DNA of 64,000 nt from a virus: IMG/VR virus record IMGVR_UViG_3300036985_007703, positions 1 to 64,000 of that record. One strand, given 5' to 3'. Of this stretch, positions 17,845 to 27,841 are shown in pieces. Made by a program: the position numbers and the translations under genes. The notes below the pieces were generated by a model, which saw nothing but the letters and a program-made list of their open reading frames with translations, did no database searches and was not told the DNA's origin. Numbering within the stretch: position 1 is the stretch's first letter; the number at the start of each line of letters is the position of its first letter.

Positions 17845-18576
17845 TCAGGGCGTGCTCGTCGCGGGGGTGGGGACAATCGACGCGAAGCGCCGGTTCTTGG
17901 TCAACCCCGTACGCTCAAAGAGCTTGAGCCGGTAGGCCGTCCCCCGCTGCTTGAACGCCATGCCCTGCCACACCTTATCGCTGAGCGCACCCTGCTCCGT
18001 GGGGTAGGCGCACCTACCGATCGCGTAGCACGTCAACGTGGCCTCCAGCCCGCCACAGCTGCTGCGGCACTCCGTCCACACCGTCAGCCCCTCGCGAAGC
18101 TGATCCTCCGAAGTCACGCCCGTCCCGCCGTTCACCTGCATGAGCCCGTGGTCGCGACCATCCCTCTGGCCCTTGATGCCTCCCTCCTGGAAGCCGCTCT
18201 CCATACGGCAGATCACCGTGGCTACACGGTAGTCCACGTCCATCTCCTGCGACACATCGACGATAATCCGCGCCAACACGGGCGCCCGCTCAGCCACGAC
18301 CTTATTGGGGGGATAATCCGGGTTCGTCGCTGCCCACCGGCGGATGTACTCCGCCACCCACTGCACATCCCCATCGTACGTGCCGGTCTCCTCCACATCG
18401 TCCATGGCCTCCAGGCGCTGCAACGCGGCCTCCGACCGCTCCCGCAGGTCTGCTGGGTTCCCATGTCTGTCCACGGCGCCCCCCGTCTTGTTGCCCATCG
18501 GCGTATTCGCTCCCGCGCTCCCCGCGGCCACCAACATCAGCACTACCGCACACAACACTCGCTTCAACTGGTCCAT
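17845..18576 (-). CDS. secreted lytic transglycosylase (SLT family)
   Basis: N-terminal signal peptide; motifs ICRMESGF, HGLMQVN, TLTCY. Confidence 0.8.
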   Translation of the reverse strand: MDQLKRVLCAVVLMLVAAGSAGANTPMGNKTGGAVDRHGNPADLRERSEAALQRLEAMDDVEETGTYDGDVQWVAEYIRRWAATNPDYPPNKVVAERAPVLARIIVDVSQEMDVDYRVATVICRMESGFQEGGIKGQRDGRDHGLMQVNGGTGVTSEDQLREGLTVWTECRSSCGGLEATLTCYAIGRCAYPTEQGALSDKVWQGMAFKQRGTAYRLKLFERTGLTKNRRFASIVPTPATSTP

Positions 18577-18757
18577 CTCGGTCCTCCTTCTCTGGGCCCC
18601 GCACCGCCTGCTCTCATGGGGGGGCGTCGGGCCGGCCGCGCATGCGCATGCGCCTTCCGGGAGGACGCCCCGCGGCTCCGCCGGGGCTATGTTCGTTGGG
18701 GTCTAGGCTATCGGCCCCCGTGGGCCCGTGTCAAATTCGTTTCGTTTCGCCACACGA

Positions 18758-19138
18758 TCACCCATCACCCCGCGTGGCGTCCGGGGCAGGCGTTGACCCA
18801 TCATCGGGCGTCTCGGGGAGAAATGCCCTCCACTCCGTGGCCCCTCCGCACCGCGGGCACACATGCTCATGGCGCTGCTCCCACGACTGCACCTCGGCCC
18901 CCAGCAGGGCCGCCCACCCGCACTCCTCGCGCGTCACCGTGAGGTGCGAGCACCGATGTCGGAATTGAAACGCCTTGCAGGGGCATACCGCATCCCCATG
19001 GCCCTCGCGGAACCACCCCGCGACCTCGTGGGCCTCGCCGGGGTGACTCTTCGAGGGCACGCGCAGGTGCCACCGCACGATCAGCGGGGCCATGCAGGCC
19101 TGGTACTGCCGCATCGGCGGGACCCTATGCGCGGTCAC
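18758..19138 (-). CDS. SWIM zinc-finger protein
   Basis: CPCKAFQFRHRCSH plus CPRC. Confidence 0.75.
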   Translation of the reverse strand: MTAHRVPPMRQYQACMAPLIVRWHLRVPSKSHPGEAHEVAGWFREGHGDAVCPCKAFQFRHRCSHLTVTREECGWAALLGAEVQSWEQRHEHVCPRCGGATEWRAFLPETPDDGSTPAPDATRGDG

Positions 19139-19566
19139 CGCTCACCCCCGGCACGCCATCACCAGCTCGTTGAGGGCTGGCCACAGCCCCTCGAGATCCG
19201 CGTGCATCCGCGTGGCCTGGTCCACGACCACCACGCTGCGCCGCGGGAGCAGCGGCATCGCCCGCGCGGCCTCCGACAGGCTCAGCACGCGCACGCGCAC
19301 CACCCCCACATCGAAGGCGTGGACCGGAACCGTCAGATCGTAGACGGCCCCCAGGCGCGCGGCCTCCGCACGGCACCAGTGCGTCACGCGCTCCGCGTCT
19401 CCCTGGCCCAGCACGATCGCGACCACCGTGCAGGGCTCGCGCCGCGAGATCGCCAGCTCGCACGCCCCGATCACCTCGTCGACGAACGGCGTCACGCACA
19501 TGGATGTCACCTCCACGCCGATCTTCCGCCCGCCCCCGCGCACCTGCAAGTTTGTGGATTCCACCC

Positions 19567-19947
19567 TCACGGCAGACGGACAGCCTGCTTGACACGGTGG
19601 TAGAACATGATCCCCGAGCCCACGAACTCCACCTTGCCGCTGAACCGGAAGGTGTCCCCCTTGCTCACCTCATCCGCGATCGGCTTCTTGAAGGTCACCG
19701 TGGCGTAGTTGCCGCTGTCGAGCTTCACCGTCAGCACCTTGGCGCTCACGATGTCGAAGACCTCGCCCTCGAAGCTCAGGGTCTTCCCCTTGACCTCCTT
19801 CTCGCACTTCTCCTTCGCATAGGTCGTCTCCGAGCCATCCGCGCACTTGATCAGGGCCGCATCGCCCTCCCCGGCCCGCACATGCCCCGCGAGGACGACC
19901 GCCGCCGTAAACACCGCAAACGCGACTGCCAGTTGGATCCGCTTCAT
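19567..19947 (-). CDS. secreted OB-fold protein
   Basis: Signal peptide; KGKTLSFEGEVFDI...KGDTFRFSGKV. Confidence 0.6.
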   Translation of the reverse strand: MKRIQLAVAFAVFTAAVVLAGHVRAGEGDAALIKCADGSETTYAKEKCEKEVKGKTLSFEGEVFDIVSAKVLTVKLDSGNYATVTFKKPIADEVSKGDTFRFSGKVEFVGSGIMFYHRVKQAVRLP

Positions 19948-19973
19948 TGTTCCACCCCTTGGTTGGGGGGCCG

Positions 19974-20156
19974 TCACTCGGCCCCATACACTGCGGCCAC
20001 GACCACCATGGCCACGACCATCGCCCCGAGCAGGAACAGCAAAGCGTTCCCCGCCCGGCCGTTGCCCTGCCCCACAAATAGCACGCCCCCGAACCCCATG
20101 AAGATCAGCCCCACGACGGCCACCACGACCAGCGTCAGGACACGCCCCGGTGTCAT
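19974..20156 (-). CDS. small two-TM membrane protein
   Basis: MTPGRVLTLVVVAVVGLIF...ALLFLLGAMVVAMVVVAA. Confidence 0.55.
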   Translation of the reverse strand: MTPGRVLTLVVVAVVGLIFMGFGGVLFVGQGNGRAGNALLFLLGAMVVAMVVVAAVYGAE

Positions 20157-20710
20157 GCGATCCCCGCCGCCCGCGCTTTGACCAGCGTGGCCAGGTACTC
20201 GCGCGTGAGGCGCCGGCCGCCAGGGAGCTGCAGCGTCGCGCGGATCGCCTCGCGCCCCGCGTCCTTGCCGCACCCGCTGCACTGCGCCACGTGGACAATG
20301 GGCTCCACCAGCAGCGCGAGCCCCGGTAGCGTGAGCCCGCACACCTTCTCCCACTCGGCCACCACGGCCTCCGCGACCTTCAGCGCCGCGAAGCCCTCGA
20401 CCGAGAAGCCCCGGCCCTCGGTCGCCTGCTCCACGTGGTAGTCCACGAGCATGGCGTCGGGTTCATACCCCCGGCAGGTCCCCGTCACCGTGATCCCGTG
20501 GCGCACGTCCCGCGGCCCCAGCTTGTGGTAGCGCTCGAAGCGCCGCTCTATCAGCGCGAACGCCCAGGTGCGCAGGAGCCCATCGCGGGCCTCCGCCGTG
20601 AGGAGCCCCCGCGCGTGCTGCTCCCGCATCGCCTCGGCCCCCCCCTCCACCGGGATCCACTGCAGCACGTACCGCACGATCACTTCTTCGATGCCCAAGT
20701 CGCCCTTCAT
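20153..20710 (-). CDS. hypothetical protein
   Basis: Coupled ORF. Confidence 0.55.
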   Translation of the reverse strand: MKGDLGIEEVIVRYVLQWIPVEGGAEAMREQHARGLLTAEARDGLLRTWAFALIERRFERYHKLGPRDVRHGITVTGTCRGYEPDAMLVDYHVEQATEGRGFSVEGFAALKVAEAVVAEWEKVCGLTLPGLALLVEPIVHVAQCSGCGKDAGREAIRATLQLPGGRRLTREYLATLVKARAAGIA

Positions 20711-21089
20711 GATGCTCCCTCGCCCGGCAGCGTATCACGCCGCCACTGCCCGCGCACCCACCGCAACTCCACGCGATCCCCATTGACGCAGCGGGCCGTG
20801 GCCCCCCGCAGGATGCGCCGCCCCCATGCCGTCCTCGGCTGCGGGAGGGCCCGCGCCGCATCGCAGACCCCCTCGCGATAGTAGATGTTATACAGCAGCA
20901 TCGTCGTCCCGCTCCTCTCGTTCCTTCCAGCCCATCGTCAGGCACGCCGCGCTGCGCGCGAACGAGGGGCGCACCTCGTCGTCCCCCCCGTCCTCGACCA
21001 CCAGCGTCTCCTTGTTCAGGCCGCAGTAGTACACGACCCCCGCCAGCGTGGGCCGCCACGCCAGGGCCTCGCACACCCCGCAACAGCGA

Positions 21090-21383
21090 TCAGAAGGGGA
21101 GGTCATCTTCGTCCTCCGTGGGGCGAAACGCGTTGAGCCCCATCGACCGCGCGGGGCGCTCCTCCTCGATCGAGGGCGCCGCCGCCATCTCCGCCTCCTC
21201 CGCCTCCGTGTAGGACTCGGGGTGGGGGACCCCCTTGCCGTGGCAGGGGCAGCAGTGCCAGGTGTCGACCTCGGAGAGCCACCAGCCCCGCCCGCGGCAC
21301 CCGCACCGCGCCGCGTCCTCGTGCGACCACGTGCTGCTGTTGCAGGCGACCTCTTGGTAGTAGTGCGTGTAGATGTCGTACAT
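21090..21383 (-). CDS. early Cys-rich protein with an SSB-like acidic tail (DEDDLPF)
   Basis: First gene after the promoter at 21448-21477. Confidence 0.65.
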   Translation of the reverse strand: MYDIYTHYYQEVACNSSTWSHEDAARCGCRGRGWWLSEVDTWHCCPCHGKGVPHPESYTEAEEAEMAAAPSIEEERPARSMGLNAFRPTEDEDDLPF

Positions 21384-21447
21384 GGCTCAGAGCCCTTTCC
21401 GGCGCCAGGCGCCTGGTTTGTCAGTAGAGCCTATGGCTCCACCGAGA

Positions 21448-21477
21448 AAGTTAGCGCATCGCCCCAGGTTTGTCAAC
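21448..21477 (-). promoter_or_regulatory. sigma70-type promoter
   Basis: GTTGACAAACC; TTGACA-17nt-TAACTT. Confidence 0.75.
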
Positions 21478-22472
21478 GCGCACCAGGCGGGGCCGGTACA
21501 GGGACGGGGAGGCCTCCCGCACAAAGCGCTCGGCCAGGCCCTCCGGGGCGAGGCGCGGCCCATACCCCTCCCCACGCGAGAGCACCCGCGAGACGCACAC
21601 CGCCCCGACCTCGGCGTAGCGCACCATCCAGAGGGCCGCGGCGACCTTGCGCGCCTGCTGGCCCCCGCACGCCACGACGTCCACCGCGCGCTCCCCGCAG
21701 GTCGCCCGCCAGATGTGCCATTGTTTATCATTTAGCCGTGGCATCCTGTCGCTCCCCCCGCTGCGCCCCAGGGATCTGTCCCCGCCAGGTTGACGCATGT
21801 CAACACGGCCTCCTCCGGGTAATCCCTCAAAACCACCATCGCCTCTGGGATCGTGTCGAAGTACAGCACGAAGGGATCCGTGCAACTGTCCACCCAGAAG
21901 GGTGGCCCGTCCCCGTGCCGGTCATCCGCGAGAAACTGGATCCCCGGCGTCAAATACCCCTGACGGAATTGATACCGCATTATCGCAATTCTCCAATCCA
22001 GATCATCTTGAGCCATGCGTCACCTCCTCGCGGTGATGTGCCCGCACCGGGGGCACTCCCCCGGCCGCATCTGGATCCGGCTCCCCCACTCGTTGTCCGT
22101 CTGCGTCGGCGACGTGACCCCCAACGGCACGGCGCACACGACCAACCCCGAGGAGAAGAGCGCCCCGCACCGCTCACACGTCGTCATCGTCGTCGTGGTC
22201 GTTGGGGTACCACTCCACCGCCTGCGCGGCCGTAGCTTGCGCCTGCCCATGCGTCCGCTCCCTGATGGGTCGAGTCATCACCATCAACTGCTCCAGGTGC
22301 CTGCCCGATTGACAAGCCCCCTTGGGTTGCGGGGGGAAGGGGCGGGGGCCAGCGTGGACCCGCACCCCGCGCGCCATCAACGCCGTCCTGGTCTTCCGCG
22401 CCAACTCATTTATCGTCGCCAACAGCCGGCACGCCTCACAATCGCAGTATTCGATGGGGGCCTGCTCATCCG

Positions 22473-22889
22473 TCATGGCTGCACCTCGGCACTGACCCGC
22501 CACCGCTTGTCGAGGATCCCCGTGAGGTCCTCCTCGACGTCCCGCACGAGCACGTAACACTTGGCGCACAACGACCCGCAGTGGCGCCGGATGTTCTCCG
22601 CCGTCGCCTTCTGGCAGTCCAGCAGCCGCGCGTTCGCCGTGATCCCCTGGTCCACCAGGTCCTGCTGGCACCCGTCCAGCGAGTCCTCGGCCGCCGCGAG
22701 GCGTTTTTGCACCTCGTCGAGGCGTTTTTGCAACATGGCCTTCTCGGTCTCCGCAGTGGCGGCCCTCTCATCGAGCCTTGCATACCCCAACCCTGCGCAT
22801 CCGCTGATCACCGCAATTGCAAGCGTGACTAGCGCCATCCGCTTAACGTCCATTGCTCCCACATGCGCTGCGAATCCTGGACCCATCAT
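22473..22889 (-). CDS. TM-anchored coiled-coil protein
   Basis: Hydrophobic N-terminus, heptads, Cys-containing C-terminus; paralogue of 23158..23487. Confidence 0.55.
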   Translation of the reverse strand: MMGPGFAAHVGAMDVKRMALVTLAIAVISGCAGLGYARLDERAATAETEKAMLQKRLDEVQKRLAAAEDSLDGCQQDLVDQGITANARLLDCQKATAENIRRHCGSLCAKCYVLVRDVEEDLTGILDKRWRVSAEVQP

Positions 22890-23157
22890 GGCGTCACCTG
22901 GTCCATTCCATCCACCAGTTCTGCGATGGGCGTCCCTTTGCAAGTGGCCAGTTTTCGCTCTGCCAACCCTGCGCTTGCATCGCGGTCGCGAACGTCCACA
23001 TCAAACCAGGCACACCACGCACCACAGGGGTCTCCGTCAGCAGAAGACGACAGCGGGCAGTAAATCTTGCGCCACCCCGTCGTGCCGTCGGCCAGTGTCT
23101 GCTCGGTCTGTAGCTCTGGCGCACACCCAGGCGCGCTAATGTGTGTCCTCGCCTTTT

Positions 23158-23487
23158 TCATGGCGCCACCTCCGCCGTGTACCCCGCGCAGATCGCCTGC
23201 ATGCGCTCCCGCCACTCGACGCCCTTCGCCCGCTGGCACGCCTCCAGCTCATCGTGAAACTGCTGAGCGCTCCGCGTCATGCCCGCGTAAAACTCCTCCA
23301 GCTCCGCGTTGCGTTTTTGCACCGCAGTGAGGCGTTCTTGCACCGCAGTGAGGCGTTCTTGTAACGCCGCGTTGTCATCGGCGAACTTCCGGGCATCGCT
23401 CCACTTGAACGCCGTCAAGATGCCCATCACGAAGACGGCTGCAATCTCGACGGTGAGCAGGGCCGTCAACCCCGTGTTCCTGTTCAT
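23158..23487 (-). CDS. TM-anchored coiled-coil protein
   Basis: TM helix followed by QERLTAV x2. Confidence 0.6.
   Translation of the reverse strand: MNRNTGLTALLTVEIAAVFVMGILTAFKWSDARKFADDNAALQERLTAVQERLTAVQKRNAELEEFYAGMTRSAQQFHDELEACQRAKGVEWRERMQAICAGYTAEVAP
23317..23361. repeat. 21-bp tandem duplication (one heptad)
   Basis: TTGCACCGCAGTGAGGCGTTC x2. Confidence 0.85.
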
Positions 23488-26400
23488 AATTTCTCCTTGT
23501 TGGCCGCCGCGCAGACCGCCTTAATCGCCTCCCCGTCCCAGCCCTTCCAGCCCAACTTCCGCGCCGCGTCCCCCTGCAGAGCGAACACGTCCGCGTCCCG
23601 GATGGGGTCCCCCTCCATCGCGACGATGTACCCCGCGACCGTGAGGTAGTGCCGCCCGCAGGCGAACCCCCAGTCGACGAGCGGCTTCTTCTCAGCCGGC
23701 GGCGCCTCCGGGGACGACAGCTCCGGCGGAGGCGGCAACGGATCATTCGGATGGAGCGCCGTCATGACTGCCTCCCCCGTCGACACGCGGCGAGGTCCTG
23801 GATCAGCAGGTCCGCCATGTTGCGCAGGAGGTCCCGCCCATCCTCGATACACCGCTCGCACCGGCACTGGGCCGCCTTGCGCCGGAGGTAGTCCGCGCAC
23901 TCGAAAATCGCACGGTCCCGCGCCAGCTGCTGGTCCCGCTCGCACTGGCGGGGGCAGGATGGCGCGGGCGCGGGCTCCCGCACGACGACCACCGTGTGAT
24001 CGTGCCCCCCCGACCCCTGGCGCGCGGGCGCCAGGTCCACCCCCGTCATCGCGAACAGCCCCCCGATCGAAAACTTGTTCCGCCCGTCGATGTCCCGTGG
24101 CATCACCCCTCCTTCAGCAGCGCCTGCAGCTCGGCGTCAAAGGCGGCAAGCGCCGCCGTGTGGTCGCTCATCCATGCGCCACAACAGACCATTTCGCGCT
24201 CCGCCAGCTGATTCTCGTGCTCCATCCATACCAGGATCGCCCGCGCCCGGAGCATCCGCGCCTCGTGCGCCGGCGCGGCATCCGCCCCAGCCGTGGGATC
24301 ATTCATCCTGCGGAAATCATCCGATCCCATCACGGCTCCCTCGATCACGCTGCGACGCTCGATCCGCTGCCGCTCGGTCGCGCGCGAGCGCTCCGCCGCC
24401 CATCGGATGATGTCGGGCGTGCCGGGCCCCTTGAGGTCGGGGCCGTCGTAGCTGTGGGTGCAGGCCGCGCACAGGGCCCGGCCCGCCTCCGCATTGTGGT
24501 CGGCGCAGACCGCGCAGCGGCGCCCCTCGGCGCGCTGGTAGAACAGGTTGCAGGGCCCCACCGGGCGCTGCCCCTCGCACCACGCCCCCTCGTGGACGCA
24601 CCTCCGGCACTCGTCATCGCTCATGGGGTCTCCTCGGCGCTCATACGGTTCTTCTCCTTCTGCTTGCGCACCCACGCGAGCCGCCGCAGCCGCCAGCAGC
24701 TCCCGCAGGACGCCTTGAGCATCCACTCCGGGTGCTCGCTCCCCGCCGCATCCCGCGCCAGCGCCGCCGCCACGACCCGATCGAGCCCCGCCCGCTCCGC
24801 GTACTGCATCCCGCAGATCGACACGCGCTGGGGCTCCCCATCCACGAGGCGATGCCAGTGCAGCACCGGCCCCGTGTCGTACCAGATGCCGCTCCGCACG
24901 GCCTATTCGCCCCACCACGTGCATGGCGTATCGATCGTCTCCCAGACCTGCTGGTCGTTGACGCCATCGAAGAGGACGTGCAGGCGCCGCAGGATCACCT
25001 GGCCACTTTTGTCGCGCTTGGTCTCGCACCAGGAATCCACGACCCCCCCGTAGCCCGCATCCGTCAGCTTCACGACCGCCCAGATGAAGGCCACCGCGCA
25101 GACCCCGCAGAACAGCACCCACCCCATGGCGACCACGGGCGGCAGGGGCGCGGGCCGGTACAGGGCGGCCATGTTGATCACGTCCTCCTCCTCCTCGCCC
25201 GTCATGGCCCCACCTCTCCGACGAGGACGCCACAGCCCGCGCAGGGGGCCTCGCAAGGGGGCCGCCCATCGCTGTACACGCGGACCCACGGGGCCGATTC
25301 GCGCCCCGCTTGGGCCTCCTCCAGCCGCCCATGCTGGTGCAGGCAGTCCACGCAGTAGAGGACGCCGCCAGGGTCGAGGTAGGCGCAGATGGTCCGCATC
25401 ATGCCCCCTCCTCACGCTCCAAGCATGGCCCCGTCGCGGGGTTCGCCCCGCGGGCGAGGCCCGTCCCGCGCGCAAAGCTCGTGTAGCGCCCCGCTACCTC
25501 GATCGTGCTCGGCCGCACCACGGTCACGCGCGTGTGCTCCACCGCGCCGCCCTCCGCCGGCAGGACGACCCGCACGGGGTCCCCCACGGCGAGCCCCCGC
25601 AACCAGACCGCGCGATCGAACGCCGCGCGCCGCGCCCCACTCATCGGCTGCATCACGGGCCCTCCTGCAAGTCGTAATAGATCTCCCCCACTAGGGTGAC
25701 ATCCTCGGTGTAGCCCCCGCTGGCCGTGATGATCGTGCGCGCCCCGCACGCCGGGCACTCGAAGACGTCCCCCCGCAGGCAGTAGCCCGTGCTGCGCGTG
25801 CGCACCACGACGCCGTTCTTCTGGCACCGCAGCTCCACCCGGCACCCCGCGCACACCTTCATCGGCCCCCCTTGCGATCCGCGTGGACCGCCAGCACGAT
25901 GTCCGCCAGCCCCTCCCAGCGGACGATCGCCGGCATGACATTCATGATCAGCGCTAGGACCGCACGGGTCCAGGCCTCCACCTCGCCCGCGCGCAGCTCC
26001 AGGACCCCGACCTGCTCCTGCTCGACCATGGCCTGCACCAGCTCGTTTAGCTGCCGCGTGAGGTCCGCCAGCGCCTGCACGCCCCCCTCCGGGGGGGACT
26101 CGTCCTGCCCCACCGAGGCCACCGCATCCTGCTCGTTGTCGCTCATCGCTTCTCCTTGAGGGCGCGCTCCACGGCCCGCAGCCCCTCGGCCACGTCCCGC
26201 AGCGCCCCGTTGATGTCCTTCAGCGCGCTCACCACGTCCCGCAACTCCGCCGGCGGCCCCTCGGAGGCCCGCACGGGCGCCGGCTGGAAGACCAGGGGCA
26301 CCGCGCACAGCGCGAGGATCGCCAGAGTCCCGAGCACCCGCGCGCGATAGCACGCCCAGAGACCCCGCCACGTGATCAGCATGTTGCCCCCCGGTGCCAA
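23484..26400 (-). other. run of about 10 small, translationally coupled hypothetical genes, many Cys-rich or membrane
   Basis: e.g. 23762..24106, 24103..24624, 24621..24899, 25202..25402, 25653..25862 (Zn ribbon), 26143..26400; overlapping start/stop codons. Confidence 0.6.
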
Positions 26401-27023
26401 GCAAAGCTGTACCGCGACCGCTCCCTAGCCCACGCGCGCTTCACGGCCTGGCACTGGGCCCGCGCCCAGCAGTCCATCCAGGTCGCCCGCGGGCGCCAAT
26501 AGCGCCGCAGCGCGGCCATGTCTGGCAGGTTCTCCGCACAGATGTGGTCCCAGATGTCAGCCCACACCACCCCGTAGTGGGGGCCACGCCCCGCGCCCCG
26601 CGGGAGCCGGTAGGTGCGGGCATCCCCCTCGACGATCGCCAGGCGGGTGCCCCAACGCTCCCGCAGCGTCGGCGCCACGAGGGCGATCACCTCGGGGACC
26701 AGCTCCACGACCGTGACGCCCGTCACCTCGGGCCGCGCCAGCATGGCCTCGACCACGAGCCCGAGGCCGAGCCCGAACACGAGGCACTCCCCCGTGGCCC
26801 GGCGCACCGCCTCGCGGTGGTCGCGCGCCTCATCCGGCGTGTCGCTCATCACGAGGGTGTCCCCGCGCATCAGGCTCGTGTAGGCGCCCGCGGGCACCCA
26901 GCGCCCGCGCCCCTTGACCGTCGCCATCAGCATGTCGAGCCGCGCCTCGTCCGGCGACACCGTGTAGCGCTCCACGCGCCACGCCCCAGCCTGCCCCTCG
27001 GGGATGTTGGCCTGCCACTGCAT
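26376..27023 (-). CDS. spermidine-synthase-like class I SAM methyltransferase
   Basis: VMSDTPDE, CLVFGLGLG, VTVVEL..EVI, EGDA, YGVVWADIW. Confidence 0.75.
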   Translation of the reverse strand: MQWQANIPEGQAGAWRVERYTVSPDEARLDMLMATVKGRGRWVPAGAYTSLMRGDTLVMSDTPDEARDHREAVRRATGECLVFGLGLGLVVEAMLARPEVTGVTVVELVPEVIALVAPTLRERWGTRLAIVEGDARTYRLPRGAGRGPHYGVVWADIWDHICAENLPDMAALRRYWRPRATWMDCWARAQCQAVKRAWARERSRYSFAWHRGATC

Positions 27024-27810
27024 CGTTCAGCCTCCAGCCTCTGCGCGGGGCGCCCCGCGCGCAACCTGCCACCGTTCAGCGCGGGATCCCGATCCCGTGG
27101 GCCCGCGCATACGCTAGCGCCTTGGCGCCGATGGCCAGCACCGCATCGAGCTGCGCCCGGCTCATGGGGTTCGTCTGCCCGCAGCAGCGCCCCAGGAGGG
27201 CCCCCTGGGCCTCCACCATGGTCCGCCGCTCCTCGGGGGTCAGGGCCCCCGCATATCCCCGCACGGCCTTGTAGACCGCGAGGGCGTCCTTCCAGCTCAG
27301 CACGCGGTCCATCAGCCCCCCGCGCGCCCCGCGCAGAAGGTCACGCGCAGGTGCTCGACCGTGCGCTCGTAGGCGCAGTCCGGGGCGTGCCCCTCGATCT
27401 GGTGGCAGGAGCACGGCGCCACCTCGGCCCAATGCACCCGCATGTAGTCGAGGAAGGCCTGCGCCAGGTGCAGCACCTCGTCCTGCGCATGCGCATGCGC
27501 AGCGCGCGTATCCCGATCGATGTGCGCCATCGTCGCCCATCCCCCCGTTCCCCGCGGCAGGCCCATCAGACGCCCTCCGGGACGACGATCAGGGCCGCCG
27601 CGGCCCGCGCGATCATCTCGCGCCCCGCCTCGACCTCGGCCACGAGCACCACCGTCTTATCCCCGTGATCCAGCGCGAGGAGGCCCGCCCACACGGGGCC
27701 GCCCCGCATCACGCACGCGCGGCGCCCCGTGAACTTGCCCTCGTGCTCCAGCATCCGTGTCCCCTGCGCATCCATGGTGCCTCCCTTTCCGGCCCCTGGG
27801 GCCTGCAGAG

Positions 27811-27841
27811 GCGTTAGCACGCCCCCGCCCGGTTTGTCAAC
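27811..27841 (-). promoter_or_regulatory. sigma70-type promoter
   Basis: GTTGACAAACC; TTGACA-18nt-TAACGC. Confidence 0.6.
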
